Origin: Haliotis rubra
Taxonomy: Eukaryota
NCBI RefSeq assembly: GCF_003918875.1
Contig: NW_025765956.1
Span: 1 to 64,000 of the forward strand
Length of the DNA stretch: 64,000 nt
Reading direction: 5' to 3'
The translations under genes were made by a program, and so were the position numbers. Below the pieces are notes generated by a model that was given only the letters and a program-made list of their open reading frames with translations, was not told the origin of the DNA and made no database searches. Below, piece after piece: positions 11,227 through 20,496 of the stretch (its first letter is position 1; every line of letters starts with the position of its first letter).

Positions 11227-11756
11227 ATGGACAGCGGCGACAGTGGCTTGACGACCAGGCACTTGAACGCCTACGTACAACAGGATCCCCTGCTGCGACC
11301 CCTCTACCAAGGTACCTTTGCCCGAGATCACTTTGCCACCACCGTGCTGTGTGAACAGCAGGAGGGACATTATCCTAAAGCCTACATTGTCAATACGGAC
11401 CCCAGCCATCTCCCAGGACAACACTGGGTGTGCGTGTATCGTCCAGTACCCGGTGTCATGGACTACTTTGACAGTTATGGACTCCATCCCTATCAACAGC
11501 ATCCAGACTTTCGGAATGTCATGACCTTCGCCGGATGGCTCCAACAACGGTGGAATGGCCAGTCACTTCAACCCTGGTTCAGTGCCTCTTGTGGAATGTA
11601 CTGTTTGTATGTACTGGCTCATCGTGCCCGTGGATGGTCTTTGACGAAGTGATGGAACAGTTTGATCCCTACGATACCCTCGTCAATGAAGAACGTGTAA
11701 GGCGTTGGTTTCAACCGCTGACGCCTGACAGACAACAACAACAACGCTGGCCATGA
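11227..11756 (+). CDS. Adenain-like cysteine maturation protease (one late frameshift)
   Basis: YIVNTDPSHLPGQHWV (His), YFDSYG (Asp), LQPWFSASCGMYC (Gln, Cys). Confidence 0.95.
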
Positions 11757-11803
11757 TCCACACCCCTGCCAAAGGACACAACCTTATCGTTCTGATGTGA
11801 TGA

Positions 11804-11842
11804 TGTTACAGTTCTGATGTTACAGTTCTGATGTTACAGTTC
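11804..11842. repeat. 16-bp tandem repeat at the 3' end of the protease gene
   Basis: GTTACAGTTCTGAT units repeated ~3 times. Confidence 0.7.
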
Positions 11843-12120
11843 ATACCGTTTGTAAACAAAAGATCAGGGACGCCCCTAATCCTGACTCTTTTGTCAAAGT
11901 GTTCTTGTTAGCGGGGGAAATAAAACGTTTGAAAAATGTCAACCTAGTGTTGTTATTATTGTTGTTGGCATTGAAACGAACCTTTCTTTTGAGAGAGATG
12001 GATGGCCCTGAAAAGGGCCGTTTTTTCCGAGTGTACTTCACTCCAGGGACCACAGTGGGGTCATACATTGGCAGGGATGAATGGTCATCTTTGTCTTGAC
12101 GGGGCACTTGCTCCCATGGG

Positions 12121-12309
12121 TCAAGCGCGGATGTACGTGTCCTTCAAGACAGTGCCACAGTACACACATTGGAAGGTACCACGATAGTCATCAGTCCCAT
12201 TAGCGTAAACAGGTAGGCAGCCATGACATTGTTGACACTGCCATGCCGGCAAGGGGGGTGGCGATGCTGTGTCCATTAACTCTAAATCCCAGTTCTCCAT
12301 TCTGTCCAT
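12121..12309 (-). CDS. Small C4 zinc-ribbon protein (may continue into ORF 11841-12107)
   Basis: PPPLPAWQCQQCHGCLP...FQCVYCG; TATA (CTATATAG) at 12340-12347 upstream on the minus strand. Confidence 0.6.
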   Translation of the reverse strand: MDRMENWDLELMDTASPPPLPAWQCQQCHGCLPVYANGTDDYRGTFQCVYCGTVLKDTYIRA

Positions 12310-12339
12310 TGTAACACTGCTTCGGTCATTCCGCTCATC

Positions 12340-12521
12340 CTATATAGTGAGAGCTCACGATCATGACGTCAGCGGTGCCACGTCATAACCCTCACGCGCG
12401 ACCATGACGTCATCGATACTACGTCATTACCCTCACGCGCGACCATGACGTCATCGATACCACGTCATCGATACCACGTCATCGACGACACGTCATCGCT
12501 GTCTGGTCGCCCATATATAAA
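12340..12521. promoter_or_regulatory. Bidirectional promoter: CRE array flanked by two outward-facing TATA boxes
   Basis: TGACGTCA at 12364, 12405 and 12446 plus several ACGTCA half sites, a 41-bp direct repeat, TATA elements at 12340 (-) and 12514 (+), and divergent ORFs on both sides. Confidence 0.7.
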
Positions 12522-12623
12522 CTCCAGCATGGGTCAGTGAGAGCTATCTTCATGCAACATGAATACAAGAAAAGTAGAAGTCATGCGACCGACGCCTTAC
12601 AGGAAAAATTGTGGTAGGCAGCA

Positions 12624-12962
12624 ATGTCTACGATGCAGCCCTACCTTACAAGGAAGGCTGACATCAAAAGGGAAGAGACAGAAGCAGCGGCAGCCCCACC
12701 ATCCACGGCAGTACCACCTCCGCCACCGGCATGGCAATGTCTACCACCCAATTGGAAGTTCATTATATGCCAAACGTGTTGGAAAGCCTTGCCGTCCAAC
12801 CAATTCGATGTCACCCCAGGTGCACCGTACTACGTGTGTACCTACTGCGGGGGCGGCGTCCGCAAAGGGGCTAACCATCTCCACGACGAAGTCTGCCCCG
12901 GGAAATTTATTTTCCGGGGCCTCGACCTGCTCTGTCTATGTACCATCGCCACCACAAAGTGA
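12624..12962 (+). CDS. Small C4 zinc-ribbon protein (112 aa)
   Basis: Intact ORF: PPPPPAWQC...CQTCWKALP...YVCTYCG, with additional His/Cys residues. Confidence 0.65.
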   Translation: MSTMQPYLTRKADIKREETEAAAAPPSTAVPPPPPAWQCLPPNWKFIICQTCWKALPSNQFDVTPGAPYYVCTYCGGGVRKGANHLHDEVCPGKFIFRGLDLLCLCTIATTK

Positions 12963-13079
12963 GGTCTCACCTTTCCGTCCATACCATCACAACGGCCCTT
13001 TTCAGGGCCACCCACCTGGCTCGAAAGAATGCTCCATCCAATGTTGTTTTAACCACACACACACACTAACACTTGTCTA

Positions 13080-13541
13080 GCCACGCCATCGTGTCCGCCT
13101 CACCCCCTCTCTCCCTCCCTTCCCTCTCCTTTCCTCTCCTTCCCTTCCCTTCCCTCTCCGTCCCGTCCCGTCCGCCGCTCGTCCGTTCCGCCATCTTGAA
13201 AGGCGTCTACGCTCGCGAGATCCCGCGAGAATCCACGAGATCCCGCGAGATCTCACGCGATCCCACCGGATGGGACGCCATCTTGAAACGCGTCCGCCAT
13301 CTTGGCCCGGAGGTGACGTCATCGTCATGTGCGCGCACCCACCGGAACCGGTCGTGACGTCATCGCGATGCGTGCGCACCCACCGGAACCGGAAGCACCG
13401 GAACCGGAACCCGAGTGATCTCCCCTGATGGCGGCACATCCGGTCACCGTGGGTCGCCATCTTGATCCAAGATGGCGGCGCCCATGGGGACCGGATGTGC
13501 CGCCATCTTGAAAAGACCCCAGGGTGACGTTGCACACTACT
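13080..13541. repeat. Putative right terminal inverted repeat of the Polinton
   Basis: Polypyrimidine tract, then a very GC/CpG-rich motif-dense region, ending ACTACT. The partner TIR is outside the window, so the inner boundary is approximate. Confidence 0.7.
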
Positions 13542-15129
13542 AGGAATGATGTCTCCTCAGGAACATTGCCAACCCAGTCTTCTGAATGACTTCTCTTCTG
13601 TCGAGAGGATATTAAACTGTGCTGACATCCGCCATTTCCGTTGCGGCAACACTAACACTTTTACCTGTGGGCAAACTTACATGTAGAGAAGCTGCACATT
13701 ATTCAGTAGATAGCATCAATGATCCCGTAACAAGATTAACGGTTTGACGATGCTATTTGCGAGATAATGGACTGCGGCAATATTCGATCTTTGTATTAGG
13801 GTACTCCTTGTCCATTTCAGAACCCTTTGACATTCTTACAGGACGTTTTTGTTCCTCTCTGTGTCTGGACCTCATCGATCGCGTCCTGATAATGACAACA
13901 TGAGTCATTTGACGTTCTTTCAGCGGTGTTTAGTTACTGAGTCAAATTCACGTTAAGCTTAAATATTAGTCCAACTATATATATAATTCTGAAATCCAGC
14001 AGTGTTTATTCATCTTCAGATGTCCAAATGTATTAGTTTCCCTAAGTAATAAGACACTAACAAGCGCAACAAACTCGCGGTGAAATTCAGTAGCTGCAGA
14101 GAGATAATTGAATCCTTAAATTTAGAGTTACATTTTAAAAGCTCTCAAAAGCTTCGCGGCAAATGGATAACTTTCTTTGCGAAAGGAAGGGTCACGGCAG
14201 ATGCGTTCTTAAAGTTATACGTCGAGACCTTTGTTCCAACTTACAACATATGAACGGTTTGTTTCTCTCTTTTTTTTTAAGCAACTTGTTTGTCCATTTT
14301 ACAAGGTCACAAATGCTTGCTTATTTTATTGACCTGTCACAACGAAATAGTTGGCCTAAATGAACCATGGTTTGGTAGCTATACATGATATCATGCAATA
14401 TCCACACCAACAGATTCAATATTACGTAATTCCTCTAATGTGAGGCTTGGATCTCATCAATTAAACCTCTAAGTGGCCATCATTGCCTCCAATACGTATT
14501 AATTTCCGGTTATATAATAGCATCTCCCTGGTTACAAGTTTCGGGCGACGGATATTCACATTTAACTTCTACACTGTGTTATCACAGCGACTGGTTCAGG
14601 GTAGCCATTGTACGAATGTGCACTTAATTCCATAAGCTAATGTAGCTTGACATGTACATGTCTCCACCACTTAATTGTCATTGTCCATATGACGCTAATC
14701 TCTATCGCTAATCCCCCTCACTATTGTATAGTATAAAGCCTTGTCAACCAACAGTGGCACTGTTCATTAATTGACTTGTTGTTTCATGACATATATAGCC
14801 TTAATGGAATATCCCCGGGTTGTGGCGGTAAATATGCCAATAAGTTCAAAGTCCAGGTCATTGTGTCGTCATCTACCCATTGTTGTCCATTCCCATATAT
14901 ACTGTTCAAAGAAAGTAGGGGATATTCAATCAAATATGTCACAACTATTCTGCCTGATATTTGAATTAGTCGTTGAAGATGGCAAAAGATTTTGTTAGGT
15001 GAGTAGCCAAAGCGACCTTCTGTCCCTTACGCTAATCACCATGATAAGAGAGACACATTAATATTCGCGGGAATCCGCCATTATTCTCAAGACAATCACG
15101 GACTCGACAAGGCATACTTTTAATCAAAC

Positions 15130-15990
15130 GTCCCTTGTCAACTTGGTTCATTTAAACCCATTCTTCCTGCAGGGCATCGCCAAATTCGTTGAGTGTGGTC
15201 GGTGGTTGTTGGGTGACAAGGGTGGGTGATAAGTCTGGACTGAGTGCTGGCCGTGGTGATGTTCTCCTGCAGGACGTAATCTGAAACAATACCAGCCCTG
15301 TGTGCTCTTGCGTTGTAATCCTAAAACACGTCCATGTCGGAGCCAAAATTGCACCATGTGGGCCTTCAGGATGTTGCCATGGTAGTACAAACCAGTGACA
15401 TGTCCCTGAATGAGACGTAAAGATGTTCTGTCAGTCACAGTGATACCCCCACACTATTGGTGACCGACCCCAAATCAATTGTTCTGTCTAACGTTAACGG
15501 CATGAAGCCTTCATTCCGTCTATGTCTCACTGTGCCAAGGAAGTCGAAAGTAAAGCTTTTGATTTATCGGAAAACTTAACGTTTGCTCATCGACAATTGG
15601 GCCAGCGCTCATGCTCTTGACACCAACGACGTCTTGCAGTGACAGTCCGACAATCGTGGTATAACACGTGGACGTCGGGTATGCAGGTTCCATCTGTCTA
15701 ACCGATTACAAATCGCCTGTTTTTTACTCTAACACATGTAACTCTATGAAGCTCATCTCCAATTTGATACGGTGTTGGTCACGGTTTCGTATCACATGTC
15801 GTTCTGATGAAACGTTCTTGGGCGCCAGTTGTCGCTCTTCGTCGTCGATCTTGGTCGACCAGGTTTTTTCTGTGTTGACATCGTGATAGTAACCTGCTAA
15901 TTACTGAGTGTGAAAAATGAAGAGCTCGTACCACAATGCTCTGTCTTGTTCCAGCTACAAACATGCCAATTGCACGAAGCCGAACACGTT
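15130..15990 (-). mobile_element. Degenerate Tc1-family transposase remnant
   Basis: HTH region AGTRQSIVVRALHFSHSVISRL...R.TT.AQERFIR and C-terminal PALSPDLSP; many stops. Confidence 0.75.
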
Positions 15991-17254
15991 TAATTAAGTT
16001 GAAAACAAAACCAGGACAATTTCAGTCTGGTTTTCATCACTGAAGTGTACAGCAGCACATTGACACGATTCACTGCAAATTCTGAATTTTACTTCGACCA
16101 TGTTCACGAGCATATCATGGAAAACCAGCACGAAATAACACCCTGGGATATTCATTTTCCCAAGTAATATCAGGCCAAAATCGAATATACCCTAGTTTTT
16201 GTGACAGTATATTGATGTTAAGTTGTATGCTTCTCTATGTACATTTTTTACTGTTTATCAGTGAGGTATTTACTCTGCGTGTACAGGGACGACCGTAAAC
16301 AGGATGTGCAGCTCGTAGAAACGTCTTGAGGTTGACCTGGAACACCACTCATCTCATTTCAGTTCGAGCTGGAAACGCAGTTCATTGCTGTCCTTCTGAT
16401 TTCTGGCCATATATTCCGTTCATTGTGATGATTTTGTTTATTTTTTATATCTTGTGTATAGAACGTTCCGGGAATATGGAACAGTGATATCGATCTTTCC
16501 TTGTTTGTTCGAAAAGAGCTAGTCCCAGTCGACAATGCTCGCATTGGCACTTTGTCCTTGTATAACGGTTGTGTTTTGATTTAGTTTCCAGAATAGTCCA
16601 GATGAATCCAGTCTGGATTGTCTGTAACCAATTTGTAGGCACCAAGATAGTATCAGGTTGAGACCATATCCTAGATGACATAACGGCTAGGACTTTCAAA
16701 GAGGAGTCTACGGCTCAATGTCAATATTTTATTGAATGAGTCTATTGGGAGACCTTAGAGGATAAAGAACAATCCAGTTCAAGTAGCAAAACAAAAAATG
16801 TATGCTGGAATGAGGCGAAGGAAACCTCTAACCTTTCCATCCCCTGCGAAAAAAAAAACCCCTTTACTTCACTAAATAAATAAATAACAGATCGCGATTG
16901 CTCACAGGATATTTAGTTCGGATTGGTAATGGACACTAAACACGGCAAAGTCTAACCATTAAGACGAGATTAAGTCTTCGAATGTTGTTGTTCAAACAAA
17001 AATATACGTTGTTTGGGTGCCATTAAATGATTTCGAGGTGATATCTTCTCGTCGTTAGTGTCCATTTTTCTGTTTAATTTCTTTACGGCACACAGTTGGC
17101 ATCAAGGCAAAGCAGGGATAGTTCCACAATGTGTCTGTAAGTGTTTGCAATGACACGTCGTAGAAAGGAGAAGTACAATATATAGAGTTGCAATCAGTTA
17201 CAAATAAAGAAAATTATTTGGTTAGGTGTACAATATATAGAGTTGTATATAATG

Positions 17255-17485
17255 TTGGTTGGCTGGTTAATGCCACACTCAGCAATATTCCAGCTATATA
17301 GCGGCGGTCTGTAAATAATTGTGTCTGGACCAGACAATCCAGCAATGAACAGCATGAGCATCGATCTACACAACTGGAGATGCGATACCATGTGTCAACC
17401 ATGTCAGCGAGCCTAACCACTCGATCCCGTTAGTTGCCTTTTTTACGACAAGCATGGGTCGCTGAAGACCAATTCTAACCCGGGT
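17255..17485 (-). repeat. Mollusc SINE (MESC/Meta-core type) fragment
   Basis: Shares CCCATGCTTGTCGTAA...CTAACGGGATCG and the GCTGGAATATTGCTGAGTG tail with copies at ~23685, 28305, 36936, 39335, 43065 and 57240. Confidence 0.75.
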
Positions 17486-19635
17486 TAGTTATATACAGTG
17501 GGTGCGTGTGAGTGGGAGGTCGCCTTGTATATTCCAGGGAAAAAATACGTATCCATGTATGTTTGGTACACAATGGTGATGAGGCTGCGCATAAATATTA
17601 AACTTTGGACATGTTATTAGCCACAAAGTTCCTATTTTCTGACGCAGATTTGTTCATTTACAATACAAACCGCCTTTATAGAGCTATATTATTTCTTAAG
17701 CGTAAAACAACACCAGTCATTCATTTAAGTAAACCATTACACTGGCGTAAGAGAAAAACGATAATACAGCTCCGTGAGGGAACACATCAAGAGTTTACCA
17801 AGCCTGGGGGAATCAGATAAATTGGCAATAAATGTTCTTCTTTCAATTGAAATTTTGAACGAGTCTGCCAATAAACCCTCAAGGCAAGCGTGCAGCTCGG
17901 GAGATGATAACATGGTTCTTTAGGATAAGCTAGAAATATCCCATTCTGACGCTGATTTTAAGAACCCGGATGTAAATTAAGTCTAACGTTGGATTTGTGG
18001 ATAACCCTTTAACTTTAGACATCTCCGCTGAGGGATGCTAATTAACTGGGTATTCTTCGTAAGTACCTGACTATATCCAAGAGCCATTCTGTTTGCTTCT
18101 AAGTGGCAACAAGTGCCCTAGGAATGGAATTTCATCAACACTGCTAATTCAGACAAATATTTTCATTTCCGCGATGGGTTCTCGGCAATCTTAGACATAA
18201 TCTCCTATCTTGAATATCCATTTTTGAGAAGCCTCAGAAAACGAATGTCAAGACCAATTTCGAGTTATTGCGTGGATAATGGAAAAGGAGATCTTTACAG
18301 ATAAATCATAGGCTTCATTTTGAAATGGGGGTCTTTTCCATGGAGGTCCACGTAATAATGGTTAACTAATACTTGTTCAGATAAAGTTTCCTAATCCTTG
18401 ACGAAAGGTTTCGCGGTTGTTAGAGTAAACAGGACAAAGGCTGACTGTTGCCTTTCCATGGTTACATTGTCAACAATGTTGAATCAGTTCTCACTGTTAA
18501 ATGTTGAATAATAATAGCAATTCACAATATATTTGCAGACTTACAAGACTTACACTTGATAATGAAGAGACTGAATTTATTGACAAGGCATTAATACAGA
18601 ACAGTATATCTAATACAGTATATTACAGTATATGTATACATGCATCTCTAAATGTATCTTTACTGAATTGATCAATTGAAAAAAGGATGAACACCTAAAG
18701 GGTCAGATTCAAATCTTGATTTCTTAGTTGTGTTCAATAAACAAAATGTGATGGCTGGAAAAGGGTAAGATGTTTTGTGTGTCCTCACAAATAGTACGAG
18801 GTTATCAGACATGTTACAAGTACCTTTCCAGATACAATGTAAAGGAAGTGTTAAACTATGAGGACGAATATAATTATATATCTACAGATGATATGTGAGA
18901 AATTTGCGGAATTAAGAGGAACACCTTTTATGGATAGACAACTTCTTTATTGCAATAAATGTGACGTTTCGGTGTAGATCATAGCAGCATCATTTGCTTG
19001 ATAACGGTGTTAGGATCTACACTGAAACATCTATTGCAATGGAGAAGTTGTCTAACAATAAAAAAATATTCCTCTTCATCAAACCAGCTTCTAAATGCCA
19101 CTTGAAGAAGTTAGTGCAACCTATGCAGTGCTACTATTACTGCCCCTCGTGAAAAGCCTTTACAGGATTGTAGTATAGAACATACTAAATGCAAAATTAT
19201 TTCGATGTTCGATTAATATTTATCCTGACAAGATATATACATGATAATAAGTGATTATATAAACTGACAAACAAGATCATCAATGTTTAATAATAGTTTC
19301 GTGCTGCTTGTTAACCAAGTGTTCAATAAGTATATAAATGTATGGTCAATGTCGTTTCAGAGCTCTGTCTCCAGTATAGGAGAAATTATTTCAGTGGCAA
19401 TACAATGAATACAAAGCAGCAGTCTAAACAGCTTGCTTTGTCAATATTAACACCGAATCGTTTTCATGTTACATACCTACAAAATGCAACTTTCGTCTTT
19501 CACTATGACAATCATACTTTCATGACTTCAGTGGCTTGGTTGTCGTCCCTTTGAATTATTGGTGATGGGATTGAATCCCAGACCATTATTAACGTAAACA
19601 CCGTCAAATGCTGGTCTGAAGACTGAGTCATCCCG

Positions 19636-20496
19636 TCATGATTGCAAGTGTAGGGAAAGACACGGTATAGACAATTGGTCTGAGAGTGAAGTGGAGACTG
19701 ACGTCGTGTGACCGGAAGTGAGATGCGCCTTCTTCAGGATCTGATTTTGTTTCCACTTTGGTAGTTGACAGAACTGGAAGCGACTGACTCGGATCACCTC
19801 CAGGAAGTCTTTGTCTGTGAGATGATGCTGAAAGTACAAAGGGGAATGTCCAATAGGATCTGCTGATGTTGTCCCAGCCTGGAAGCGGTATAACTGTCAG
19901 CTTGTGATAAATGAACTAGCCGGATACGTCAATCCTGACAAGCAATATCTCACAAAGTAATATTTCTGTCACTAATAGCAAATACAATCAATATCCTACT
20001 GACTGCAAACGTGTCATGCCTGAACTAAAAATAACATTCTCCAGTACAGGGAAATTGTCATCCCTTTTCAATTGTTTCTTGTAATTTTGTTAGGCTTTGT
20101 GAAATCAAAATTTGGAAACTGTTGTTTTGTTTCCATAAACAACATAAAACCACAATCTACCTGTTTGTTTGCTGGGTCTACATCAGGTGGGAGTTCTCCT
20201 CTCACCAACGTCTTGTATGGATACTTAGCCTTTACAACGTGGGACCTGTCGAGCATCTGTGACAATAGACATAAAGAAAATACAGAGAGCTCGAAATAAC
20301 AACCTTTCTTGTTTGAGTTATTGCACTCACTTCAATACATAGCTATGGTAGTTTTGCTGTTATATGATTCCCACTACAAAACATAATATTCAACTCAAAC
20401 TTCCATTCTTCCGTCAACACTTACATGTGAACTGATATCAATCGGAGCGTTTTCTTGCCGCACTCTCTTTCTAGCTAGGCTGTAAACATCTCTTCC
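19636..20496 (-). CDS. Duplicated villin 3' cassette: linker + headpiece exons (20425-20496, 20161-20256, 19636-19827)
   Basis: Three phase-0 exons with intact AG/GT: GRDVYSLARKRVRQENAPIDISSH / MLDRSHVVKAKYPYKTLVRGELPPDVDPANKQ / HHLTDKDFLEVIRVSRFQFCQLPKWKQNQILKKAHL. This is a villin headpiece pattern. Confidence 0.8.

Larger units (their letters stand above)
1..13541 (+). mobile_element. Maverick/Polinton (adintovirus-like) endogenous viral element, right portion; continues beyond the window start
   Basis: Co-oriented packaging ATPase, rve integrase+chromodomain, minor capsid, major capsid and adenain protease. A GC-rich terminal region ends ...CACACTACT at 13541 (Polinton AGTAGT...ACTACT type terminus), followed by an abrupt switch to AT-rich host DNA that matches an empty site at ~25070. 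Confidence 0.95.

Noticed and set aside
13073-13537. ORFs in the terminal repeat
   Set aside because: Low-complexity translations of GC-rich motif repeats.
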